NCBI GenBank assembly: GCA_965644495.1
Contig: CBFFSA010000012.1
Coordinates: 394,850-458,849 of the forward strand
Length of the DNA: 64,000 nt
DNA from: Perkinsela sp. CCAP 1560/9
Taxonomy: Eukaryota > Protista > Euglenozoa: Kinetoplastea
Direction: 5' to 3'
Shown here one piece after another: positions 54,169 to 64,000 of the stretch. Below the pieces are notes generated by a model. It saw nothing but the letters and a program-made list of their open reading frames with translations, was not told the origin of the DNA and ran no database searches. Both the position numbers and the translations under genes were made by a program. Position 1 is the first letter of the stretch. Every line of letters begins with the position of its first letter.

Positions 54169-56844
54169 ATGAAATACGTCATCATCACAGGTGGCGTTTG
54201 CAGTTCTCTTGGCAAAGGTGTCGCGACCTCTTCCTTGGGTGTTGTCCTGCAATCCTATGGTTATCACGTCACCGCGATTAAAATTGATCCCTACATCAAC
54301 GAGGATGCTGGACTGATGAGTCCCTTCGAACATGGCGAAGTTTATGTCCTAGATGACGGAGGCGAAGTGGATTTGGATTTGGGCAATTACGAACGCGCCC
54401 TGGGTCTTACCCTTGCAAGAGAAAACAACATCACCACAGGCAAGATTTATCGCCGGCTGCTCACAAAAGAGCGCAAAGGGGAGTATCTGGGAAAAACCGT
54501 TCAAGTCGTTCCGCATTTTACTACAGAGGTGAAGAGACACATAGAACGCGTATCTCGTATTCCCACGGATGGAAGCGAGGCGATACCGGATATTTGTTTA
54601 ATCGAGGTCGGAGGAACGGTAGGTGACATTGAGAGCATGCCTTTTCTCGAGGCGCTGCGTTTGATGAAGCATTCCCTTCCCGAGGACTCCTCGTTGGCCA
54701 TTCTCCATCTCAGTTATCTTCCCCGGCTGAGTGGGCAGAAAACAAAACCCACACAGCATTCCGTTCGTGCGCTACAAAGTTTGGGACTACAACCTCACCT
54801 TATTGCGTGCCGCTGTGACACTCCGGTCGAGACCGAGACGGCCGAAAAAATTGCCTCCCTTTGCAATGTTCGTCCCAGCGAGGTCATCTCTTTGCATAAC
54901 GTAGCTTCTCTCTATGAGGTTCCACTCATTCTTCACTCACAAAACATTGTCGAAAAACTGAGTCTACATTTAGGCCTACCCTCCGTAGCTACACGTCCCG
55001 TGCCCCTACCCTCCATACTCTCCGAGGTCTATTCCAACCTTTTATCCCCCGATTCTGCCCCCCAAGATACCAAAACCTCTTCTCTCTCCTTTCTTACAAA
55101 AGAACCACAAGAACAACAAAAGGAACGATCCTTACACGAACAACAACAACAACCTTCTGATACTTGTAGACATCCACAACAACAACAAACTCAACTCAAT
55201 CAACCACATGGTTACCCTCAACAAAACGTGACTCAACCACAACAACAAATTCAACACAACCAATCAAGTGGTTACCCTCAACAAGAAAAACAACAACAAC
55301 AACAAATTCAACACAACCAACCAAGCGGTTACCCTCAACAAGAACAACAACAAATTCAACCCAACCCACCAAGTGGTTACCCTCAACAAGAAAAACAACA
55401 ACAACAACAAATTCAACACAACCAATCAAGTAGTTACCCTCAACAAGAACAACAACAACAACAAACTCAACCCAACCAATCAAGTGGTTACCCTCAACAA
55501 GAAAAACAACGACAACAACAACAACAACAAATTCAACCCAACCCACCAAGTGGTTACCCTCAACAACAACAAGAACAACAACAACCAACACCACAACAGC
55601 CCCAACCCCCCCCTCTCCCCCCACGCACCCCCCCTCCCCTCCTACGCGCGTGGTCGCACCTCTTCCACGCGTCCCGCCTCCCCCCCACCCCCGCCCGCCC
55701 CCCCCTGCGCGTCGCGTTCGTCGGGAAGTACGTCACCCACGGCAGCGGACTCGCCACTGACACCTACTTCAGCGTCGTGAAGGCGCTGGAGCACGCCGCG
55801 CTGGCCTGCGGCCGCCCCCTGGAGCTGTGCTGGGTCGACGCGGAGGCCCTGGAGAGTGAGGACGGGGGCGGGGAAGGGGGGGGGAAGGGGGAAAGTAAAG
55901 CGGGAAAGGGACAAGGGGAACCGCTCGAATCCGTTTGCACCGGACAAGGCACCGTGCGGGAAAACGCGGAGAGGGTTTTGCTCTCGTGTGGTGGGGTTTT
56001 TATTCCTGGAGGGTTTGGCTCTCGTGGGGTTAATGGAATGATCCGTGCTGCGGAGTTGGCACGGACGAAAAAGATTCCCTATTTTGGGGTGTGTCTTGGA
56101 TTTCAAATCGCGCTGCTGGAGATGGCACGAAATGTGCTGCATATGGAAAATGCGGTCAGTGAGGAGTTTGACACGCCCTCGGGTGGGGTGGATGCGAAAA
56201 CAGATACAAACGGGGGAAAGGCAGGGAGTCACGCGGAACCGGGAAAACCAACGCATCATATTCTGAAATGGATGCCTGAGGTGGATCGAGAAACGATGGG
56301 TGCCAACATGCGCCTGGGAAGTCGTCGTGTGTTTTTTCCGGAGGCACTCCAGCAAAAGGATAAAATACTGTCTCCTATCGTGGAAACACAAACAATGAGT
56401 GAAGGCGTGTCCAAAAAGTCTGTGAATTCCAATTCGGAAAAGCTTTCTCAAGAATTTCAGGTCAAACAAGGGCGTGCCACTTCCTCACCACTCTCCATGT
56501 CTTTCCGCATGTACGGTTGTCAAAGAGTGATTCGCGAACGACATCGACATCGTTATGAGTTCAACACGGAGTACAAATCCGATTTCGAAAATTGTGCACA
56601 TGTGACGTTCCCCTCTATGGACCACACTGCTCAACGTATGGAAGGAATAGAGCTCAACTCTTCGGTGCATCCCTTCTTTCTAGCCGTGCAGTACCACCCG
56701 GAGTTCAAGTCCCGACCTTTTTCACCTTCTCCTCCCTTTTATTTGTTTATGAAAGCTGTTGCAGAAGGCCGTGACGGTGTGGATGGTCTGCTGCAGTGCT
56801 TGGGCAATACCCTTCCAGCAGAGCACTACCGCACATCTAAATAA
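54169..56844 (+). CDS. CTPS: CTP synthase with an expanded Gln-rich interdomain linker
   Basis: MKYVIITGGVCSSLGKG, KIDPYINEDAGLMSPFEHGEV, GGTVGDIES, PGGFG, GVCLGFQ, ERHRHRYE, QYHPEF. Confidence 0.97.
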   Translation: MKYVIITGGVCSSLGKGVATSSLGVVLQSYGYHVTAIKIDPYINEDAGLMSPFEHGEVYVLDDGGEVDLDLGNYERALGLTLARENNITTGKIYRRLLTKERKGEYLGKTVQVVPHFTTEVKRHIERVSRIPTDGSEAIPDICLIEVGGTVGDIESMPFLEALRLMKHSLPEDSSLAILHLSYLPRLSGQKTKPTQHSVRALQSLGLQPHLIACRCDTPVETETAEKIASLCNVRPSEVISLHNVASLYEVPLILHSQNIVEKLSLHLGLPSVATRPVPLPSILSEVYSNLLSPDSAPQDTKTSSLSFLTKEPQEQQKERSLHEQQQQPSDTCRHPQQQQTQLNQPHGYPQQNVTQPQQQIQHNQSSGYPQQEKQQQQQIQHNQPSGYPQQEQQQIQPNPPSGYPQQEKQQQQQIQHNQSSSYPQQEQQQQQTQPNQSSGYPQQEKQRQQQQQQIQPNPPSGYPQQQQEQQQPTPQQPQPPPLPPRTPPPLLRAWSHLFHASRLPPTPARPPLRVAFVGKYVTHGSGLATDTYFSVVKALEHAALACGRPLELCWVDAEALESEDGGGEGGGKGESKAGKGQGEPLESVCTGQGTVRENAERVLLSCGGVFIPGGFGSRGVNGMIRAAELARTKKIPYFGVCLGFQIALLEMARNVLHMENAVSEEFDTPSGGVDAKTDTNGGKAGSHAEPGKPTHHILKWMPEVDRETMGANMRLGSRRVFFPEALQQKDKILSPIVETQTMSEGVSKKSVNSNSEKLSQEFQVKQGRATSSPLSMSFRMYGCQRVIRERHRHRYEFNTEYKSDFENCAHVTFPSMDHTAQRMEGIELNSSVHPFFLAVQYHPEFKSRPFSPSPPFYLFMKAVAEGRDGVDGLLQCLGNTLPAEHYRTSK
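55195..55600 (+). repeat. Coding tandem repeat (about 54-72 bp units, QQIQ(H/P)N(Q/P)(S/P)SGYPQQ)
   Basis: GGTTACCCTCAACAA-like anchor repeated about seven times, separated by variable CAA runs. Confidence 0.95.
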
Positions 56845-57472
56845 AAACCTGATATGATGAACAAAACAGAGAAAAAACATCGCAGAAATGTGCAAACTCA
56901 AAAAAAGCAGGACAATATCAATATGTATACATGTAGATACATGTAATTGTTTTCCAGAATTCCCTTTCCAATTTTTCCGAATCCCCCTTCCAATTAACGA
57001 AATTTACAGTACGGTGCTCGTAAATTTTTGTGAAACAAAAATGCCGTAAAACACAAATTTGTGAAATATTAAATCGTGAACAAATTTCGAAATGACGTCC
57101 AACCTTTTTTTATTTTTTTATGTTCTTTCTAGACTTTTTACGTATTTTTCAATGGGGGGCGTTGGAGAAATGATTTTTTTAAAATCTCTTGTGCAGAACT
57201 CGAGAAGTACGGCGACGAACACTGACCTGACTGAAGAGCAAAAGGACTGTATTTTCGCCAAAACACGTGGAACATTTAACGGACAATCTAAATCTAAATT
57301 TTGGTTAACACTCGAACTCAAAGCATTTCAATCCACAGAGTAGAACATACTGCCCCCCCCCGTTTAAGCGCACCTCGTTTTCCGTGACAAGTGCGCTTAA
57401 AAGGGGGAGGTCTGAATCACTACGTAAACAAAAATTAGCGCCGCTTCCCGAAGGAAGAAGGAAGAAGGACAA

Positions 57473-57810
57473 AAGACGATGGTCATACAAACAACGATGG
57501 TCATGCAAACAACGACGGTCATACAAACAACGATGGTCATACAAACAACGATGGTCATACAAACAACGATGGTCATGCAAACAACGATGGTCATACAAAC
57601 AACGATGGTCGTAAAACAACGATGGACTTACAAAAAACGATGGTATTAAAAAAGACGATGGTTTTACACAAACCGATGGTCTTACAAAAGACAATCGACC
57701 TACAAAAGTTAATGGTTTTACAAAAAACGATGGTATTAAAAAAGACGATGGTCTTCCAAAAGACAATGGTATTAAAAAAGACGATGGTCTTACAAAAAAC
57801 GATGGTTTTC
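57473..57810. repeat. 19-20 bp satellite array (AAAAAACGATGGTCTTACA-like)
   Basis: Seen directly; begins with the CAAACAACGATGGTCATA variant. Confidence 0.95.
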
Positions 57811-58007
57811 TCTCTGGAGCGAATCAATTGTGGTTAAGGAACCACAATTTGGTGGCAAGAATCTGCAAGACCATTGTCGTTGTATTCATTTGTAAGTCTT
57901 GTGTACGTATTTAAGTTGGAAGCTACAAGCTGAAAGTTGTATTTCTCTACTTAAAACATTAAAAAAATTCAAAATTTTGAAAAATGCGAATTTTGCTTTA
58001 ATTTAAC

Positions 58008-58175
58008 CCGATGGTCTTACAAAAAACGATCGTCTTACAAAAAACGATGGTCTCATAAAAAACGATGGTCTCATAAAAAACAATGGTCTTACAAAAGACG
58101 ATGGTCTTACAAAAGACGAAGGTCTTACAAAAAACGATGGTCTTATAAAGAACGATGGTTTCATATAAACGACGA
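58008..58175. repeat. 19-20 bp satellite array
   Basis: Same unit as 57473-57810. Confidence 0.95.
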
Positions 58176-58345
58176 TATTTTTGTTGCGTCATCTTGGATG
58201 ACGTGGTGATGGAAGCCTGTACCGCACTTAAACATCCACTGTTTAAGGAATTTTTAATCTTTTTCCAGGCTCAGAACCAGAACCAAGGTAAAGCTCATAA
58301 ATTTTACTGAGGGAGATACTACTCCCTCGCTACCGTAGGTTAATT

Positions 58346-59058
58346 CGCCGTGCCCGATTTGTGGCCCGATTTCGTGCCCCATTTGTTGCCCGATTTCGTT
58401 TCACGTGAGTTTTCGAAAACAATGTTTACAAAGACGTATGAATCGAATTCAATGACAAGATCACTAATTTTTCAACAATTCCGATGTGTACCCCCTGCCC
58501 CCCCCCTTCCCACCAGGGTGATCATAGAATTTTTGAATTTCTGAAAAAATCTGAAAATTTATGGGCGAAAGTAAAAACATTTATTTTTCTCAAATCAATT
58601 CCTAGAGCGTTTTTTGAGAGTTTGGGGCCTGATATACCCTGTGTACGCTTTGGTTTCATTCGATATTTCTCCACCCTGTGCCAGTAATACACCTACAAAG
58701 GCCAAACTTTACCTGGAAGTGTGTGACACGCAAGGCCGTAGAGGAAGGAGGAGGCACAAGGCAAAAAGGCAGAACGCGGATCCTTTTGTCTTTTTGGCGC
58801 GGCGACGACGACTTCCTCGCGTGGGAAGCTGTAAGAGGTTCTAGGGAGCATGTTTCGATGGCTATGTAACCCAGGCTAAAGTGGACGAGGGAGATACTAA
58901 AGGCACCTTTGGCAAACTACCACAAAACTGGAACGGTATCTCTCGGTTTGTAGAGCATTCTGATGTGGCCCAGGAATCTTTAACGGGAGATACTGTCCCA
59001 GTTTTGCGGTGGTTTGCCAAAGGTGCCCTGAGTATCTCCCTCGTCCACTTTAGCCTGG
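58346..59058 (+). mobile_element. Family B repeat: body plus 188-bp palindrome (58871-59058)
   Basis: CCAGGCTAAAGTGGACGAGGGAGATACT...AGTATCTCCCTCGTCCACTTTAGCCTGG; body and hairpin recur at 61778-63140. Confidence 0.8.
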
Positions 59059-59122
59059 CTTCTTTACAGTTTATTAAATAAAATACGAAGTTACAGTGAA
59101 GTATTCAAATACGAGTGGATAA

Positions 59123-60023
59123 TTTTCTTTTTTAGGCTCTTCGTTAAACGAGGTGGTTGCTTTCAACTTAGAAGTCACTCATGCTGCGCGCTTCGCGTTG
59201 AAAACTACCGCCGCGTTTAACGAAGAGCCTAAAAAAGAAAATTTAGCCTGGAAAACGGAAAGATTATAGCCAAAAATAGCCGAATTTCGGGTACAAATGG
59301 GGTCATTTTCGCATATTTTTGCTCTCAGAGCACTAAATCCGACATTTGCGCGTGGGAAATCACTCGCAGGCATGAATGAAAGCCTACCGAACGTATTAGG
59401 TAGAGAATGCGACTCCAACCATACCATTCTTTCGACACAAAAATGCCCCTTTAGGTCCGAAAAATACTTTTTCACCTTTTTTAGTCAAAAATGGGTCATT
59501 TTGGGGGGCGCACCACAGTTCGAAGAAGTGATACCTTGCGAAAACAACTGCGTAGAAAGCTAGTGTAGGTCCCAAACTATCAAAATACAATAGGCGAAAC
59601 GATTTTGGAAAAATATTTTTTTTGTCATTTTTTTCGCCAAGTTGAAATTTTTTTCAAAAACTTTTTTCCGAAAAAATCCGAACTTGGCGGACCCGTCCTG
59701 CGGATACGCGGGGGGGGTCACCCCCGGGTAGCGGGGTGGAAAATGCGCGCCAAGACCCCGGCTGCCCTTTCTGCGGTTTTTTTTCGAAAACTAATTTTTT
59801 CGAAAAAATTTGCTCGACCATGCCCCCCCCCTGGACCCCCCCATGGACCCCCCCATGGACCCCCATTTTTTTCAAATTTTTTTTTCAGTTTTGGACCACC
59901 GGAGCCCCCTTTTATATTTTTTTCTTCTATTATATTACTGTGTTCCCCTTTATATTTTCACTGTTTTTGTTCACTTTTTTTTCAATAATCGAGTGTAGAG
60001 CGGTAGTTTTACAACCACCGCAA
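59123..60023 (+). mobile_element. Family A non-coding element, full-length copy (901 bp)
   Basis: Near-identical to 12113-13028; the joined flanks match the uninterrupted paralogous site at 60221-60245. Confidence 0.92.
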
Positions 60024-60359
60024 TATTACGGTTATTTTTAATTACGGTTATTTTTAATTAAGATTATTTTTAGCCCCGAAAACAAATACTTTTTTTCATA
60101 TCTATCACCATCGACCTCACTTTCATACGAAACACAAACCTTTATAAAATGATCACAGACGAATCCAATGGCTTGGGCGCTTAAACGTTGCTCAAAACGT
60201 GTGTTCAAAAATTATTAATTTACGAGTGGATTATATTACGGTTAATTTAATTAAGATTAATTTTAGCCAAAAATAACCTAAAAAGCGTAATTAAATAATA
60301 CCGCAATTAAATATAACACTGTAATCGTTTTTGGGGGAAAAACTTCCCTTTTGAGCAAA

Positions 60360-61085
60360 ATCGATGGTCCTATAAAAAAAGGTGGTCTTACAAAAACGGA
60401 TGGTTTGACACAAAACGATCGTCGTACAAAAGACGATGGTTTTACACAAAACGATCGTCTTACAAAAGACTATAGTCTTAGAAAAGACGATCGTCTTACA
60501 AAGTACCATGGTCTTACAAAAAACGATGGTCTTACACACAACGATGGTTTTACAAAAAACGATGGTCTTGTAAAAAACGATGGTCTTACAAAAAACGATG
60601 GTCTTATAAAAAACGATGGTCTTATAAAAAACGATGGTTTTACAGCAAACGATGGTCTTATAAAACAACGATTCTCTTACAAAGGACAATGGTCTTACCA
60701 AAGACGATGGTCTTACAAAAACGATCGTCTTATAAAAAACGATGGTCTTACAAAAAACGATGGTCTTACAAAAAACGATCGTCTTACAAATAACGATCGT
60801 CTTAGACAAAGACGATGGTCTTACACACAACGATGGTTTTATACAAAACGATCGTCTTACAAAAATCGATGGTCTTCGAAAAGACGATGGTCTTACAAAA
60901 ACCAATCGTCCAACAAAAAACGAAAGTCTTACAAAACCGATGGTCTTACAAAACCCGATGGTCTTACAAACAACGATGGTCATACTAACAACGATGGTCT
61001 TACAAAAAACGGTTGTCTTACAGAAAACAATCGCCTTACAAAAAACTATCGCCTTACAAAAAACGATCGTCTTACAAAAAACGAA
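60360..61085. repeat. 19-20 bp satellite array (largest block)
   Basis: Seen directly. Confidence 0.96.
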
Positions 61086-61172
61086 CACTAGGGGCCACAC
61101 TGGGCCACTCATTGCCCTGCATTGGGTCCATTGCGGTGGTTGTTTTATTAAGACCTTTATTAAGACCTTTAC

Positions 61173-61710
61173 CTTTTTTAGGCTCTTCGTTAAACGCGTT
61201 GGTAGTTTTCAACGCGAAGCGCGCAGCATAAGTGACTTCTAAGTTGAAAACAACCACCTCGTTTAACGAAGAGCCTAAAAAAGAATTTTGGAAAAACAAT
61301 ATTTTTACCTTTTTTTGGGTCAAAGAAAAATCGGTCACCCCAAACATTTCGGAATTTTGACCTTGTTGGACCCCCCCTGCGCGTACCAGAGGGGGGGGGA
61401 GGAATTATTGCCGCGGCCTACTCTACTACTTCCCGGCGCTCGATTTTGAAAAGCAAAAAAATCGAAAAAAGAAATCGCGACCTATTCCGCCCCCCTGGAC
61501 CTCCCCAATGGACCCCTCCATGGACCCCCCCCTAGACGCCCCATTTTTTTCAATTTTTTTTCTGTTTTGGACCACCGGAGCCCCCTTTTATATTTTTTTC
61601 TTCTAAATCTTCTTTAATATAAACCCCCGCTTATTATTTTAGGCTCTTCGTTAAACGCGGTGGTTGTTTTCAACTTAGAAGTCGCTCATGCTGCGCGCTT
61701 CGCGTTGAAA
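61173..61710. mobile_element. Rearranged family A pieces (palindrome, GGACCCC segment, partial palindrome)
   Basis: Palindrome at 61173-61285, body similarity at about 61490-61605, partial palindrome at 61636-61710. Confidence 0.75.
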
Positions 61711-61777
61711 AAAAATATATTTTTTGGCTTTCACCCATAATTTTTCAGTTTTTTTCTCAAAATCTCTGATGTGACGG

Positions 61778-63140
61778 ATTCTGATGTGACGGAAGAATCT
61801 TTAACGGGAGATACCGTACCAGTTTTGTGGTAGTTTTCCTAAGGTGCCTTTAGTATCTCCCTCGTCCACTTTAGCCTGGATTCGTTTTTTCAAAATTTCA
61901 AAAATTGTTATGATCACCCTGGTGGGGATGGGGGGGGCAGGTACCCCCTGCCAGGGGGTACCCATCGGAATTGTTGAAAAACTAGTTATTTTTTCATTCA
62001 ATTCAATTCATACGTCTGCCTTTTTTCCTTGCGCCTCCTCCTTCCTCTACGGCCTTGCGTGTCACATACTTCCGGGTAAATTTTGGACTATGTAGGTGTA
62101 TTATCGGCACATGGTGGAGAAATATAGAATGAAATCAAAGAGTATACAGGTATAGAAGGCTCCAAACTCTCAAAAAACAGTCTAGGAGTTGATTTGGGAA
62201 AAATATTTTTTTTCGCTTTCACCCATAAATTTTTAGTTTTTTTTGCAAAATTTCAAAAATTGCTATGATCACCCTGGTGGGGAGGTGGGCGGGGCAGGGG
62301 GTACCCATCGGAATTGTTGAAAAACTAGTAATCTTGTCACTCAATTCGATTCATACGTCTTTGTAAACATTTTTTTCGAAAACTCACCTGAAACGATATC
62401 GGGCACGAAATCGGGCACGGCGCCTTCTGTCTTTTTCCCGCGGCGACGACGACTTCCTCGCGTGGGAAGGAGTAAAGCGCCCTAGGGAGCATGTTCGGAT
62501 GGCAATGTAATCCAGGCTAAAGTGGACGAGGGAGATACTAAAGGCACCTTTGGAAAACCACCTCGAAACTGGAACGGCATCTCCCGGTTTGTAGAGCATT
62601 CTGATGTGGCAAAAGGGTCTTTAACGGGTGATACCGTTCCAGTATCGAGGTGGTTTTCCAAAGGTGACTTTAGTATCTCCCTCGTCCACTTTAGCCTGGA
62701 TTCGTCGTACCCGATTTGTGGCCCGATTTCGTGCCCGATTTGTGGCCCGATTTCGTGCCCGATATCGTTTCAGGTGAGTTTTCGAAAAAAATGTTTACAA
62801 AGACGTATGAATCGAATTGAGTGACAAGATTACTTGTTTTTCAACAATTCCGATGGGTACCACATGCCCCCCTCCCTCTCCACCAGGGTGATCATAGCAA
62901 TTTCTGAAATTCAAAAAAAAAACTGATTTATGGGTGGAAGTAAAAAAATATATTTTTCCCAAATACTAGAGCATTTTTTGAGAGGTTGGGGCCTGATATA
63001 CGTGTATACGCTTTGGTTTCATTCGATATTTCTCCACCCTGTTCCGGTAATATACCTACAAAGTCCACACTTTACCTGAAAGTGTGTGACACGCAAGGCC
63101 TTAGAGGAAGGAGGGGGCGCAAGGCAAAAAGGCAGAAGGC
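61778..63140. mobile_element. Family B composite: half hairpin, inverted body segments, full hairpin 62509-62702, forward body
   Basis: Segments match 58346-59058 in both orientations. Confidence 0.78.
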
Positions 63141-63339
63141 GGAGTTATAAAAGGTAACAGGCATAAAAGGTAATAGGCAAGGTACCTGTGACAAGATCAA
63201 CATACCTGTAACAAGATAACATCTTGTTACAAGGGGGGGTGTTATCCTGTAACACCCTCTACCACATCTTGAAGTAATCCAATGGCTTAGGAATTTGGCT
63301 ACAATTTTTGCGAGGCCGATTCATAGTCTGAAGAGTCTT

Positions 63340-63995
63340 TCAGCTAACCCTCCCCCCCGCCTCCCCTTTCTGAGACTGAACATTTGTCAGTGTCTTTCTC
63401 CTGGTTTCTGGGTTAGGGGCAATTTTGCGTGACCATGCAATCTCCAATGTGTCTGCCTTCTCGTTGTGCTTGTTCCCATTGTGAGATCTAACTTTGCACA
63501 CGTAACACCTTGTGCCATGGGTGGAGGTGGCGGGGTGGCAAGAACTCAAAGTTTGAAGCACATGGTGCTCAGACGGCGAGTTCAAACCGCTCATCGCAAT
63601 ATTCCCGGCGGCCTCACTCTAAGAGACTAGGCTGAGAACCGACTAGGCCCCGTACTCGGAGGACCGTCCCGGACCCCCCCCTCAGGGAACCAGCTCCCTT
63701 ACCCGGCTTACACCTCTTGGGTGAGCCGTGTTGACGTACAGTTCGTCGACGCAGCGTGTTGGCAACAGCACTTTGGTGCCGCCTTGGTCAAGCGGAAACT
63801 GGTAGAGGACGTCGGCCTCGGAACTTCCAAATCTGTCTGTGAAGGGTCTGGCTTGCCAGTGACCATCCGGAGCAATCCGGAATGATTTGGATTTTTTTTT
63901 GGATTGGTCACAGACCCATGTGTTTCAAAATGAGAGGAAACATAAACAAGAACAAATGCCGATATGGCATTCCATCCAATCCAAATCCAAATCAT
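63340..63995 (-). pseudogene. Possible retroelement RNase H remnant
   Basis: CKVRSHNGNKHNEKADTL fits the RNase H motif xVxxHxGxxxNExADxL; upstream FETHGS may be a decayed TDGS. Confidence 0.4.
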
Positions 63996-64000
63996 TCCGG

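Noticed and set aside
33480-56469. Long antisense or alternative-frame ORFs (33480-34193, 33721-34191, 47163-48101, 55196-55624, 55642-56469)
   Set aside because: These are shadows of real genes in GC-rich or skewed sequence depleted of stop codons.
57473-61085. CRISPR-like array
   Set aside because: The units are contiguous 19-20 bp tandem repeats without unique spacers, there are no cas genes, and the context is eukaryotic.
57305-61242. ORFs over the satellite (KTIVFC, KNDGLT and QKTMVL repeats)
   Set aside because: They are open in several frames on both strands only because the repeat lacks stops, and mixed unit lengths shift the frame.
63343-63420. Telomeric TTAGGG / CCCTAA-like hexamers
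   Set aside because: Only isolated single occurrences, with no array.

Overview
Eukaryotic protist DNA, inferred to be kinetoplastid-like. Every recognisable host gene is intronless and on the + strand, and one gene resembles an RNA-editing KREPB protein. Host genes: USP deubiquitinase, divergent PCNA-like clamp, DEDDh exonuclease, PRA1, separase, NOP58, HYOU1/Grp170, PUF60-like splicing factor, CTP synthase and several hypothetical proteins. Interspersed among them are nine members of one LRR family with a shared leader motif. A nest of decayed DNA transposons lies at about 24-33 kb (two PIF/Harbinger-IS5-like transposases and a Tc1-like transposase with DD51E spacing). A gene-free satellite and hairpin domain lies at about 57.4-63.3 kb. 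The most unusual signals are: (1) a ~0.9-kb non-coding element (family A) with a ~120-bp terminal palindrome and a terminal mini-hairpin, which inserts at A|T without an obvious target duplication and has split an LRR gene; (2) a second large-hairpin family (B) occurring in permuted and inverted arrays; (3) repeated sharp switches from C/A-rich to G/T-rich sequence across GC-rich cores inside coding genes, which are origin-like and shape protein composition; (4) large insertions in core enzymes, between the separase catalytic His and Cys and as a Gln-repeat linker in CTP synthase. All protein assignments come from motif recognition by eye; no database search was run.
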